NCBI GenBank assembly: GCA_002269645.1
Contig: NIVC01001159.1
Location: forward strand, 299,414 to 363,413
DNA length: 64,000 nucleotides
Source: Macrostomum lignano
Lineage: Eukaryota
Direction: 5' to 3'
A model generated the notes under the pieces. That model was not told the DNA's origin. It searched no databases and saw nothing but the letters and a program-made list of their open reading frames with translations. A program made the translations under genes and the position numbers. Shown in pieces: positions 26,880-40,516 of the stretch (positions within the stretch are counted from its first letter, which is position 1; every line of letters starts with the position of its first letter).

Positions 26880-27760
26880 AGTGATTTGAGTTGTATTTGA
26901 TCGGTTGCTTCATCAACCTAATAGCAAAAAATACAAGGCATACATGAGGGTGAGGGAAGGCATCCTTGACCAATGACCATTGAACTTTAAGTTAAATCTT
27001 TGAAAGTTAAGAATTTACTTAAGTATAGGAACTACAAATTACAATGCATACCTGCATACTAAAGCACTGAGCTTTGCAAATGTACTCCGCATCAGCCTCG
27101 CTGATTATCTTATTCATTGCATTGGCAAATATGTAGGTTGCAAAGTTTGAGCAATGCTTTTAGAAAAAAGTGCGCCAATGTTGGCAATGGCATTGTCAAC
27201 ATCAACAACTAACTTAATGTCAGCGTTAGTGAGGATGTCGCTTAACTGAGCTTCTACAAGCTTGTGTAGCTCAGATGCGAAGCTTATAGGGCACTTTTGA
27301 ATACAGAAGAGGATGTTTCTCATGTGACCTGTACATGATTGGTTGATGGAGTAGCAATATAATTGGTATTTTGAGTTATAAGTCTTAGTCTAGCTATCAG
27401 TCAGTTTAGGTTTTATTTTATTAGTAGTATAGTAAAACAAAATAATAATGACTGATAAACTAAACTTACATTTTACATCAGGTCGTGCCTACTTAACTAT
27501 AGTCTTGACAGCCTGACTCTAGTCCTTCTATAGCTGCGGCTTCTGTAAAACTGCCTGGTGCGTTTTAGAACTAAAGTGTTTTACAAAGATGCAGTGTCGC
27601 CAGCCTGTATTGTCTAGTTTAAATGTGATGTCGCAGTGCTTGCACATTGCAGTGTTGCTAGATTTTGTATAATGGAGCCAGCCAAACTCCTTTAACCACC
27701 AGGATTTGAATAGGGTCATCTTCTTTTTCGTGGACTTAGAGTCCTTGGAGTTGGGCTAGA
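26880..27760 (-). pseudogene. hAT transposase relic (TTF-type Zn finger and catalytic-D region)
   Basis: FKSWWLKEFGWLHYTKSSNTAMCKHC resembles the TTF Zn finger; VDEATD near 26900-26915 resembles hAT DESTD; many stops. Confidence 0.7.
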
Positions 27761-28539
27761 TGACCTTGACCATGGCTGGTGTCAGTGTGTCTATGTTAGA
27801 ATCAGACTTAGAAGCTGCAGCTGCAGTAGCAGCAGGTGCAGGACCTTCAACTGCAACTAGTGAAGATGAAGTCAAAGTCAAAGATGAAGGAGCTTTGGCA
27901 ACAACAAGCCAACCTATTAGCTTAGCTTGCTTTAATGGTGGACCTTGTTGTCATCCTCCACCTCCACTATCTGTAGCTAGAGCTGCTAGGCCACTAGGAG
28001 TAGGAAGAGCAGGAGCAGTTTTAGGGGTTAGGACCAGATGCTTGATATGGTTGGGTTGCCATTGGGATTGGGGCCTTGGCCAGTACCCAGTAATCAGTAT
28101 CACTGTTTTAGTATTCAGTAATCAATCTAGTCTCTAGTTGGCTATCAGCTATGGCTATGGGCCTATGGCTAAAATAGGAAAGAGTAAAATTTAAACTTGA
28201 TTTGAAAGACATTGAAACAGCAGATTGAGCCTATTGAGGCTTGGGGCTTGAGCTATTGTCTGTTGAGCTGAAGCAAGAGCAGGTTTAACTGTAATTAAGG
28301 TAATTAATGTAATTTATTAACCTTAACCTTAATGTTCTATATTTTGTGAGTGAGACCAGTGAATGAGTGAAATGACATATATACAACTATACAAGTATAA
28401 ATATATATGTCATTTTGTCAAGTGAGTGACAATGACAACAATAAAAATTACATTATGTCTATAGACTACGAGGCCAACTCTTCCATTGGCAGAGTATGGG
28501 GATAGAATTCCCATCACCAGAATTTCATTCCCTGAAATC

Positions 28540-30060
28540 CATCAGCTGAATCCAATGACACAAATCCCATCGTCCAAATCCTTTCCAAATCCTCTATTAA
28601 CCTCCCAAAAACCATAGTTTTACCTGTTTGCAAAAATTGACTGCCTGCCATTGTCCAGACTGAGACTCTTGTCTGTCCCTCTCTCCTCTCCTTTATCTCC
28701 TCTCTGCTCTCTTGTCTCTCTACTTTCTCCCCTCTCCTCTCTCCCTTATCCTCTCGCTTCTCTCTCTTCTCTCTCCCCTCATCTCTACTCATTTATCTCT
28801 TCTCTCTCGTCTTTTGGCTCTACTCCCCCCTGTCTCCTTTTTCTCCTCTCTTACCCCCTCTCCTCTCTCCTCTCAATTCCCTCATCTCTTCTCTCACCTT
28901 TATTCTCTTTTTTTCTTTTCTCTAATCTGTCCCTTTTAATTCTCTCTTTTCATGTTCTCTTTCATATAATCTTTTATCTTCTCTTTCCTTTTCTCTTTTC
29001 TCTATTCCCTTTCATTTAGCCATTTCATCCTCTCCATGAAACAGATATTATCAAAATCCTCTGTTAAACTGAAATCCAGCGTGTATCATCTCCTTCAAGC
29101 TACAATCCATCAATTTAAAAAAATATTATCTCTATCAAATTTCAGTCAATCAAGACTATGAAACTGAAGTCTATAAAAATATGCTTTTTACTTGTCTGGG
29201 TATACGTCAAAAAATCTTCCAAATCTTCCAAATGCTCCATAAAACCTCTGAAATATCATAGCATGCTTTCCCTGTTTGCAAAAATTGACTGCCATTGTCC
29301 AGACTGAGACTTTCTCCTGTCTCCTCTCTCCTCTTTGCTCCTTTATCCAATCTCTTCTCTCTGCTCTCTGCTCTCATCTCCTCTCTCATCTCTACTCTTA
29401 CTTTCTTATCAATCATCTCTCATCTCTCCTCTCTGCGCTCTCATCTCTATTTTCTCATCTCTATTCTCTCATCTTTCCCCTTTGCTCTCTCATTTCTTTT
29501 CTCATCTCTCTCCTCTCTCCCTTCTCTTCTCGCTTCTCTCTCTCTCATCTCTTCTCTCCTGTCTTTTCTCAATTCTCTCTTATCTCTCCTCTTCTCTCTC
29601 ATCTCTCTCTCATCGATCTCACTTATCTATCGCCTCTCCTCTAACCTGTCCTCTCTCTCTCTTCTCTTTTCTCTCTCGTCTCTCCTTTCTGCTCTCATTT
29701 CTCATACTCCTATTTTCTCTCTTACCCTCTCCTTTTTCATCTCTTATCTTTCTTCTCTCCTCTCTACCATCTCCGGTCTTATCTCTCCTCTTTCTTCTCT
29801 GTCCTCTGTATTCTCTTATCCCTCCTCTCTCCTCCCATCTTTTTTCTCCCTCCTTTGCTCTCTCTCTTTTTTCCTCTCTCCCCTCCTTTCTTCCCTCTAC
29901 ATTCTCTTCTCTTCGCTCTCCCTCTTCATTCCCACCTCACTCCCCTCTTCTCTCCCCTCTGTCGTCTTTAATCTCTTATCTTTCATATCTACTGTCTTTT
30001 CTATCATCTTTCTATCTTCTCTTCTCCTTGAAATCTCTCTTCTCTCTCTACTCTCTTATC
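28540..30060. repeat. CT-rich low-complexity tracts in a ~650-bp degenerate duplication
   Basis: CCTGTTTGCAAAAATTGACTGCC..ATTGTCCAGACTGAGACT precedes a CT tract at both ~28622 and ~29270. Confidence 0.85.
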
Positions 30061-32399
30061 TGATGGACTGAAAGCGCCAATAATCAAACCAATTGAAATT
30101 TGTCACCTGCCTCCTCCATTACTGAAATTACTCAAATGATAGCTGGCTTGAATTTGTATACGCAACCCCCCCCTCCCCAACTACAATCTTGGCAGAAAGT
30201 TTAAAAGTATTGAATCATTTTTTCAATGCTGTGCTTTTTGTTTTCATATTTAAAGCAAATAACTTATATCCCCGAATTCAGCGTTGCAAGATCCTTCCAG
30301 CAATATAAGTCTCTTTTCTCAAAGTTTAAAACTCGAGGATTTGCGATTTAAAGCATTAAGTATCATGTGTACATTCACCTGCCTGCTGTTTATTCATTGA
30401 ATTTCACTGTCTAGCTAATACATAGGGCTGCCTTTTGAAAGGCGCCAGTAATAAAACCAATTGAATCTCGACATAGTCCTATATATCTGTTTACAATGTA
30501 CTTTTCTATGTACACTCAGCCAAAACCACCCCCCCCCTATTCTAGGGAATCATTAAATTTTACTGCACCCCAACATGTGGGGGTTTTATTTGCATTGAAC
30601 CCAGAACACGCATCACCCACCCCTCCAAAACATAGCAACCTGCGGGGGGAGGTTGGGGTGGTTGTTTTTACAATATGCCACTGGAAAGGCAAACTGGCCA
30701 AAGAAGGTTAAGAAAACAGTTTTCTGCTTTTTTAACAGACTTAACTTTTAAATTTTCAACATTGAAATAGCCTATTTGTTGCGTAGGAAAATTATACATT
30801 GATATATATAAGTCTCGCATTTGAGTTGCCAGCCATCTAGGAGGAGATACGCGTTAAACCCGGCCGGTTGATCAATCCACTCAGCTTTAGATATAAGATA
30901 GCCTATGACATTGACATTGAAATGTGATTATGAAAACATCCATAAATTATCCATTAAATAAGCATAAGGTTAATAGACAAAATTAAAATAAACAACTAAA
31001 TTATTGTTAACAAAACAATAGCAACAAACTATATTGTCACAGTTAATGTTAATAATGGTTAATGTTATTGTATTGTAATTAATTGTTGAATGTTAAATTA
31101 ACATAAAACATTTCATAAGTTATAAGTTTAATACAATGGGGAGTGGCCCATATATAATTATACTATAGCTTATAGCCCTATATTAAGCATATATTATAAG
31201 CCAATCATCAAATCATGCCAATGTGGCAATGTCAATAAATCATTTAATTTGGAATTAAGTTTATAATTAGATGTTTTATTTGAATAATTAAACAACTTAA
31301 ACTTAATACTTGAGCTTGCTGCCTAACTTTCTGCATTTTGGTTCTGCTTACCAAAATTTAATTGACAGTTGACAATTCCTTAAATTACATTAATTAAGGA
31401 TTCAAAAATTACTGGCTAATTCTAAGAATACAAAGTTATGGACTTAAGATATCCATAACACTAAATTGTAAAATCTGCATCACATCCTTGCAAAAAATTT
31501 TGGTGCGCTTTTTGCACCCTGAGTCAAATTTCAGGGTGCGATTTTTAAGACCAGGGTGCTATTTGCACCCATTTGCACAAAAAAACCTAGCTAGGTAGCT
31601 AGGTTTGGTAAAAAAAAGTGACAAAAGTTGGAGTTTAGATAGATGAAAAAAAGCAAAGGGATAATTATAGAGACTCTACTTTATGAGCTCAAATTAACAT
31701 ACTAATACCTAATTATTCCCTTGATTGTTCTTCCAACTCTAATTTTTGTTGCTTTATTTGCCAAACCTTACTTTCTACTCGTAGTATCACTGTGAGCAGA
31801 ATGATTTATTATTTGTGTATATAGGTTATCTGGGCTCCAATTTATGAGCTTTAGTTGGCATGCCTTTTATTTACCTAATCTTCAATAGACTTCATATATC
31901 TATTGAAGTTTAGATACAAAAATTAATCCCTATCATATAAAGACTCTCCCTATCTTAACCCCCCCCCAATTCTCCATATCTTAGTGGTTGGCTTTGAGCT
32001 ACAAAAAATGAAGCTCAAATTTTAAATCCACACCATAAGCATCAAGAACCCCAATAAAAACAAAATGATAATCCTATCAAAACTGCAACTATTTTATTTA
32101 CCTAAAGTTCAAGAAGTCAAAAATTTATTTCATTGATTAATAAACAAAAATACGAAAAATATATCTTATTATACATCCTAAAATGATCTGCAAAGTCTCA
32201 GTGGCATATCTAGAAAGGGGGTAGAGAGGAAGGCATTTTTCTTTTTTTGCAATGGCTGAACTTGTAAATATGGTGGGGAGTATTGCAATTTTAGGCTTAT
32301 TTAAGGCTTATTCTAGGCCAACCCAAAAATTGCTAGGCCTATTTGTCTTGTTACTTGAGTTTTAATAAAAAAATAACTTTTCTATATATTAAAACCATA

Positions 32400-33330
32400 A
32401 GTAGAATGTAACAAACCTGTTAGCATCCTGCATGTCTATTAGAACATTGACATAGGCTGCAATAGCCTTGTTGGAAATTGAAAACTAGCAACTTTGCAGT
32501 TTCTCTTTTATCAAGATAAGCAACCATATTGACATTGCTACTAGCAAGGAATTCAATGGTAGTGTGGGCAGTGTATATGCTAATATTATGATGTAGATAA
32601 AGGCATTGCAGCAGCTGTCCTTAATACTTTTGCTGCCACTGCTGCAGCACATATGGCAGGCAAATGCTTACATACCATTGTGCCATAATTGTCCAGTGAT
32701 CTTCCTGTGCCACTGTGGCATTGTGGCCAGTTTTCAAGAAAGTTGCTACTATCTTGCCAGTGCTGAGTGCTCTGCAACCTCTATGCTTTCAAAGATGATA
32801 ACTTACCCTTAAAGCACCAGATAGCTAATTGGTGCTTGGTTTCTAGACCAAACTAGTAGATCTATGTCTTGTTGCCTATGACAATGTCTAGCATATCAAA
32901 ACTAATGCCTCTATCAAAGTCAGCAAGCATCTAAAAGCACCACTATATGTAAGCTACCTTCTGCAGCTCTATGAGCGAATTTATTCACCATACCCATTGG
33001 GCACAGAGCTTCTCAACATGCAGGTATTGGTGCAAGATGCTTTCCACCTGGCTGACCCCAATGCCTAGAGCCTCTTAAAGCTGTGCCATGGTTATTCAAC
33101 AATCTGCCAGCAGTAGCTGCTCTATCCATTCTATGTTCTCTAGTGTCACAGCAATGACAGGTTGGTCACTTTGATCCTTATCAGACAGGCTTATCTAGCA
33201 ACTGGTAAACTTATAGTACCAGTTCTTGACTGCAACTAGGAATGGAGCTTAATCCCCAAAAGTTGTTGCAAGCTGCTGGCATTGCTGGGGTTGCTGCCTC
33301 ATCAAACTATGCATGAGGTCATAAAATATC
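32400..33330 (-). pseudogene. Mariner (Tc1/mariner) transposase relic
   Basis: Minus strand reads PVIAVTLENIEWIEQLLLADC*ITMAQL*EALGIGVSQVESILHQYLHVEKLCAQWV, matching the mariner HTH and LCARWVP region; later WTIMAQWYVSICLP. Confidence 0.72.
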
Positions 33331-35653
33331 ATTGCTTCAAAATCACAATTTTTAAGTTGAATGCTCATTTTTAGGTTAGCACACTAAAGTAACAAAAGTC
33401 ATTTTGAATGTGTGCACTACAAATTTAATACTTTGGCTATAGGCATATGGGAGATTGTGTAAGTCAAGTTTTAGACATGCCTCTGCAAGAATAGTAGGTA
33501 GTAGGCTAAAGATTTAAGAGTGACAAAGAAAGCAAGACAAAGTTTTATCCAAAATCAATCACTTTTTATTTATTTTAAAGAAGAGGTTGTTTTTGTATTG
33601 AAGAAACAGAAAGTTTTAAAACCAATAAATCTACTAAAATCACTTTAAATGGCTTTACTACCCAAAAGGGGGCTTTTAAAAAATTAATACTTTATAAATT
33701 TAAGCTCACAGAAGAATTAAAATGGCAAGTTCTAGTAAAGATAAGAGTGGATTTATCATTTTATGATAGAAGCAAAATTATTTAAGTCACAAATGTATAT
33801 AATAATGTTTATAATGGCACTCTACTACATTTTTCAAGAAAAAAAGCTGATAGCTTAAGACATTAATCAAATCAAATTAGATTTTAAAATTAGTTTTTAA
33901 GCAATGTAAGTAAGTAGATGTAAGTAGTAAGTAAGTTATGTAAGTTATGTATCTTATGTAAGTAGATGTATCATACTAATTCAATGTACTTGAAATCATT
34001 ATAAATTTCAATCTCATTAAAATGAGTGATTTAACCAAACTTGGCTTGGTGTCTTGATGATGCTCTAAAGGCTTCTTTTTAGTAGGTGGCTTGTATTTAT
34101 CAGAAAGTCAAACAGGAAAGCAGCACCTTTGTCCACATAATTTGCTTTTGCTTTTACTTAGAGTGCCTTTTCAATAGACTTTTTTCCAATTGTCATAGCT
34201 TCTTGATGTTATCTTGCAAAAATAGGTTATAATAAGAAAGTTTAGTGCAGATATAAAAAATTGAAAAAGTAAATAAATTAGAAATTTTTATTCTATTAAC
34301 CATTAAAATAGACTACATTAGTCTTATAGCATTCCCATTCAAGATTCAATGGTATTTGATCATGGTAAAAGTTGCTTAACTTCTGGTATAGAGATGTTTT
34401 AGTGGGGTGATTGGGTATCATGAACCTATGCAAATAGAACAATAGCTGTGGGTTCACCATGCTCCTCATAGAACTCAAATAATAAAGAATATCAAAATAA
34501 ATCTTATTAGTATAATAATTAAGATTATCTTTTTGTGTTTTTTAAGTCATTGATAATGTTAAAACTATTTTAATAACTAAATTTTTATTACTCTATGTTT
34601 CAAAAAGCAGCAATTTCAATAATAATTTATATATAGGTTTCTCAATGCCACTTTTTATTCTAGTATATACCCGAAATATTTAAAACTATAGCTATGCTAG
34701 TAAGGTCTATCAAGAATATTCTTCTTAGTAAAAGAACTGCTAATGACTCGGTGTTGTAATATATATGTAGTGATACTATGGTGTCTTAAGGGATATGATT
34801 AGAAAACATTATAAAATAGACCTTGGGTAGGCACCAACCAAAAATTTATGGCCCAATTTTTTTGCCATGGCGGATTTCTTGGCTAGTTCCTCCCCCCTCT
34901 GGATCTGCCCCTGACTTCTGTGGCCCATGGTCGACTATTGGGGTAAAATCTATTACCTGGTTGCCCAAAAAGAATTTTTATTTATGAATCAATTCAAAAG
35001 TGGATGAACTGAAAAAAACATTCAGAAATGAACCTGGCATATGTACACACAGGGACTTAGCCATGTGTATATGTACACAAATGAAGAGAGAGAGGCCAGT
35101 TGGTCGTCATTCAGTAACAATGTTGACCAACTCTAGACACATCGGAATGTATGTTTGAGTATGGTTCACCCAAAAAGCATGACATGCTTTTTGTCCATTG
35201 TTACATAGCATTCACTGCTTGAGCCAAGTTTGTTGCTTGCACTGCTGAAAACTAATCGTCAGTAGTCTATGAAAGAAATGTAATCGCAATAGAATGACAC
35301 TAAAAGACAAAATTATTTCTGTTTTCTTATACTTTGTGTCACTTTTTTCACAAAAAAGTTTTCAAGTATCTGACACTGTTCATGCCTAGGCATTCCTAAT
35401 CTTACGCATGAAAAAGTGACAAAAATCATTTTAAGAACAATCTGGCGGTATGGCAACAATACTCGTAAAATAAAAAAACTTATGAAAATTATAAATGTCA
35501 TGTGCGGCTACAAATATGATAATGCAGGATTGATTTAGAAAGATGTCACAGTTTTGCTATCTATAATAACTTTGGGACTTCAGCATGGCAGGGGCACATG
35601 TGTCCAAAAAGGACCCAAAAGGAATGTTGCAAATCTTGCATGCCTCCCCAATC

Positions 35654-38600
35654 ATGTCATCGGATTCCTCATCGTCTAGCGGGCAGCGCTGGTGCATCTG
35701 CCGGTCCACAGACACCGGCCGGTTCATGATTGGCTGCGACAAATGCGAGGAGTGGTTCCACGGCGACTGCATCGGCGTCACGCCCAAGCAGGCCGACGCG
35801 ATGCGCAACTATTATTGCAGACGCTGTTTGAAACGCCATCCATCGTTGCGTATTGTTTGGAAAACTGCGGATCCCGGCGATGAGTCAGCTAGTTCGGGTC
35901 CTGTCGGCTCATCGACTCGCCAGATTCCGCCGCAGGCGCAGCAGCAGCAACAGACGAGCTCCAGGTACATATGCACAGTGCCCTTGTTGATGTATTCTGA
36001 ATTGACTTCTCAACTGGGTTTTGATCTCACTGCTGGGTCAATACTTTGTCTTGAGGTCACTTCTGGGTCAATACTTTGTCTTGGGGTCACTGCTGGGTCA
36101 ATACTGGGTCGATAAGAATAGATCACTACTAGGTCAATCAGAATGGGTCACTGCTAGGTCAATGAGAATGGGTTACTGCTAGGTCAATGCGAATGGGTCA
36201 TTGCTAGGTCAATCAGAAAGGGTCACTGCTAGGTCAATGAAAATGGGTCACTGCTAGGTCAATGAGAATGGGTCACTGCTAGGTCAATGAGAATGGGTCA
36301 CTGCTAGGTCAATGAGAATGGGTCACTACTAGGTCAATGAGAGTGGGTCACTGCTAGGTCAATGAGAATGGGTCACTGCTAGGTCAATGAGAATGGGTCA
36401 CTACTAGGTCAATGAGAATGGGTCACTGCTAGGTCAATGAGAATGGGTGACTGCTAGGTCAATGAGAATGGGTCACTACTAGGTCAATGAGAATGGGTCA
36501 CTGCTAGGTCAATGAGAATGGGTCACTACTAGGTCAATGAGAATGGGTCACTGCTAGGTCAATGAGAATGGGTGACTGCTAGGTCAATGAGAATGGGTCA
36601 CTACTAGGTCAATGAGAATGGGTCACTGCTAGGTCAATGTGAATGGGTCCCTGCTAGGTCAATGAGAATGGGTCACTACTAGGTCAATGAGAATGGGTCC
36701 CTGCTAGGTCAATGAGAATGGGTCACTGCTAGGTCAATCAGAATGGGTCACTGCTAGGTTAATGAGAATAGGTCACTGCTAGGCTAGGTCAATGAGAATG
36801 GGTCACTGCTAGGTTAATGAGAATGGGTCACTGCTAGGTCAATGAGAATGGGTCACTGCTAGGTCAATGAGAATGGGTCACTGCTAGGTCAATGAGAATG
36901 GGTCACTGCTAGGTCAATGAGAATGGGTCACTGCTAGGTCAATCAGAATGGGTCACTGCTAGGTTAATGAGAATAGGTCACTGCTAGGTCAATGAGAATG
37001 GGTCACTGCTAGGTCAATGAGAATGAGTCGCAGCAAGCAGACTGCAGAGGACTAAATTCCTGTGGCACCGCATCTTCAATCTCTATTATTGAAGTTACTT
37101 CAATTCAAAGTGCGCGCGCCACCCCAGCAGGAGCTCGGCCGGTCCGCCCGCTGCTGCCCCGGGGCCGCAGTCTCGAGGCCAGGTCAAGCAGCCGAAACAG
37201 CAGCTCCAGCGTCGCAGACGGGTCCAGCAGCAGCAGCAGCGACCGTCACCGTCGCCCGCCGCCGCCCCAACGTCCACCGGAGCTGCGCGCGTCCAAATCT
37301 CCGAGCGCGCCGGCGCCAGGCGCCAATGCGAAGGCCCGGCGTGTCGGCGAGTCGCCTTGCGCGGCTCCGCCTATTGCGGTAAAGCCTGCGGATTGGAGCG
37401 CGCCAAGCGCCGCCTGATCGACCTGCTGCCGGCCCGGCTGGCCGCCTGGCAGGCCCGGGTGCCGGTGGCCGAGCGGCGGGACTCGCTGCGCCTGTCGCGG
37501 GTTGTCCAAGCCGCCGATGCTGCAAAGTGAGCTGCCTTAGAATCAGGCCGGTGTCTGGATCTTACTAGTTCTAGGTCTAGATAAATTAGTCTGCAGGCCA
37601 GTCACTCCCAGATCCCATAGATGCTGTCACTCTCCCAGATCCCATAGATGCTGTCACTCTCCCAGATCCCATAGATGCTGTCACTCTCCCAGATCCCATA
37701 GATGCTGTCACTCTCCCAGATCCCAAAGATACTGTCACTCCCAGATCCCAAAGATACTGTCACTCCCAGATCCCAAAGATACTGTCACTCTCAGATCCCA
37801 AAGATACTGTCACTCCCAGATCCCAAAGATACTGTCACTCCCAGATCCCAAAGATACTGTCACTCCCAGATCCCAAAGATACTGTCACTCTCAGATCCCA
37901 AAGATACTGTCACTCCCAGATCCCAAAGATACTGTCACTCCCAGATCCCAAAGATACTGTCACTCTCAGATCCCAAAGATACTGTCACTCCCAGATCCCA
38001 AAGATACTGTCACTCCCAGATCCCAAAGATACTGTCACTTCCAGATCCCTAAATTAGCTCGGAAAGAATCAAGCACTTTACCGTATCACGTTAATAAATC
38101 TCGCTATTGTTTCAGGCGCCGCCTCACGGATGGCGAGCTGCGCCACCGCGCCTTGGACCAACTGCTGGCGCGGGGCCGTAGACAGCTGCGCGGCGGCGTG
38201 ACCGAAGAGCCGGGGCCGCCTGGCGAGGATGACGTCACCGTGCCCTGCCCGTCCTGCTCACAGGTTGGTCCTGTTTAATTCTCAGCGGTTCTCAGCAATC
38301 CGCGACTTTTTTAAATTCAAAATACGCGCCCTCACATCCAGCATCCGCTCTTTTAAGTCAAACATCCGCTCCCTCAAATCCAACATCTGCTCCCTCAAAT
38401 CCAACATCCGCTCCCTCAAATCCAACATCTGCTCCCTCAAATCCAACATCCGCTCCCTCAATTCCAGCATCCGCTCCCTCAAATCCAATGAGGAAGTCGA
38501 GGCCGCTGTACACTCTGTTTAGTGTGCTTGAGAGTGCTTGTGCCCCCTCCCAATAAGCAAACAAACAAACAAATACGCTCGTAAATTCAACTAGCTATTG

Positions 38601-39544
38601 TCTGGGTCCACCCCCCCCGCCAGGAAACGCCTGTCCGGTCGGCTCTGCGCCACCTGCTGAAGTGCCAGCAGCGAATCGAGTCCCGCACCAGCTTCGGCGC
38701 TCCCTATCCCTCCCAGATGGACGGAACGCCTCTGTTCTGCGATCGGTACTGTCCAGCTAGCAGGGCCTACTGCAAAAAGCTGGCCGTCCTCTGTCCGGAT
38801 CACTACCGGCCGGACGCGTCCGAGACTGGAGACGCCTGCGGCTGTCCGCTGACGGACGACGAGTTGGCCGGACCGCTGTGTCCGGTTGCTATGTAACGGA
38901 TTTTTTGCTGTTAAGCAGTTAAACTGTCTTGGTTGCTAGGTAGATAGAAGATAACTGATTGGTGATGAGAGGTCATGCTGATCAGTTCTGGTTGCTATGG
39001 TAACTGATTAGTTATGAGAGGTCATGTTGATTATTTCTTGTTGCTATGGTAACTGATTGGTTATGAGAGGCCAGGTTGATCAGTTCTGGTTGCTATGGTA
39101 ACTGATTAGTTATGAGAGGTCATGTTGATTATTTCTTGTTGCTATGGTAACTAATTGGGGGCATCTACCAACCTAGCAACCAGGTGAGCCAACTCTGGTT
39201 GCTAGATATAGTTTAGCCGATATGTATTAAATTTCGAATTCCGACAGTTTTCCGTCTACCACTCCGTTCCCCACGCATCGCCCTGTCGCAGGCAAAAGTG
39301 CACGCGCCACTTTGCCTGGGCCAGAATGCGCCGCGCCGAGATCGACATCGACCGGATGCGGCAGCTGATGCGCCTAGAGGAGCTGCTATTCGAAGAGCGG
39401 GCGATTCGCCAGGCGATGATGCAGCGCGGCGGCGCGGTCAGCCTCCTGTTGCACTCAACTATCGACCACCAGCCTGGCTTCAACCTGCCAGTTGTTGAAG
39501 CGCCCAGCATCGGGCTGCGGGTGCCGCCTAACCATATTCTTTAA
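35654..39544 (+). CDS. CXXC1: CXXC1/Cfp1 (COMPASS PHD-finger subunit) orthologue; exons 35654-35964, 37131-37526, 38116-38263, 38624-38892, 39292-39544
   Basis: PHD WCICRSTDTGRFMIGCDKCEEWFHGDC; QCEGPAC..YCGKACGLERAKRRLIDLLP; ALRHLLKC..ESRTSFG..LFCDRY..YCKKLAVLCPDH; ACGCPL; RRAEIDIDR..EELLFEER..LLLHSTIDH. All phases are consistent. An in-frame upstream start at 35585 is possible. Confidence 0.92.
36121..37025. repeat. 25-bp minisatellite (CTGCTAGGTCAATGAGAATGGGTCA) in CXXC1 intron 1
   Basis: About 36 tandem units. Confidence 0.97.
37604..38050. repeat. 25/27-bp minisatellite (TCCCAGATCCCAAAGATACTGTCAC) in CXXC1 intron 2
   Basis: Tandem units; the first few carry an extra TC. Confidence 0.97.
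38335..38487. repeat. 21-bp minisatellite (CATCCGCTCCCTCAAATCCAA) in CXXC1 intron 3
   Basis: About 7 tandem units. Confidence 0.9.
38945..39153. promoter_or_regulatory. 49-bp tandem repeat, each unit containing an RFX X-box-like palindrome GTTGCTATGGTAAC
   Basis: Motif at 38991, 39040, 39089 and 39138; fits RTHNYYWTRRNRAC. The repeat is certain; regulatory function is inferred. Confidence 0.5.
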
Positions 39545-39892
39545 CGTTCATATGCGCATCGCTAAAAATCCTATATTAGGCAATGCCCGATATGTATAGA
39601 AATAATTAAAGTAAACTGGAATTTTCACTGACTTTTTTAATTGTAATGTTTCTTCTAAAGCATTCTATAATTTAATAATTTCGACAACTCAAGCAAATAA
39701 ATCCGTGCATTTTTATTTATGTCATGTTAAATATGTTAATAAATTACGTGGCTTAATAAATTTCTTACCTGTCTTTTCTTAGCGTTTTTTGGTTGGAATA
39801 GATGCTCACGAAATGCCGTGTTAGTGAAGCAACTTTACTGTGTTGCATCCCTTAACTTGTACTTTATTCTAGCAATGAAAGTCCATCCCTTT

Positions 39893-40051
39893 GTTATCTA
39901 TCCATCTATTTATCTATATATCTATCTATATATCTATCTATATATCTATCTACCTGCCTGTCTATCTGTCTATCCATCCATCTATCTATCCATCCATCTA
40001 TCTATATATCTATCTATCTATCTATTTATCTACCTGCCTGTCTATCTATCC

Positions 40052-40106
<55 letters not shown>

Positions 40107-40226
40107 CATCCATCTATCTATCCATCTATCTATCCATCCATCCATCTATCTATCTATCTATCTATCTATTTATCTACCTGCCTGTCTATCTATCCGTCTA
40201 TCTATAATACCTGCCTGTCTATCTGT

Positions 40227-40289
<63 letters not shown>

Positions 40290-40297
40290 CCTGCCTG

Positions 40298-40379
<82 letters not shown>
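39893..40379. repeat. Degenerate (TATC)n microsatellite between CXXC1 and CCDC61
   Basis: TATC/TATA/CATC/CCTG mosaic. Confidence 0.97.
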
Positions 40380-40516
40380 ACATGCCCTGTATTCATGTGA
40401 TCGCAGATTCAAATCCAGGAGCTTTGCAGAGCCAACATATCTTATATACTGTATGTATAATCTTTAGTTTTCATTTAACATTGCAGACAGCATCCAGTAT
40501 CTGAGCTTCATCATCA

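Larger units (their letters stand above)
26404..31590 (-). mobile_element. Decayed hAT transposon (~5.2 kb)
   Basis: TIR CTGGGTTTTTTTGT vs CTAGGTTTTTTTGT; 8-bp TSD CTAGGAAG/CTAGGTAG; shared subterminal GGGTGCAATTTTGCACCC motifs; transposase relic inside. Confidence 0.75.

Noticed and set aside
28651-30071. Leu/Ser-rich ORFs
   Set aside because: CT low-complexity DNA
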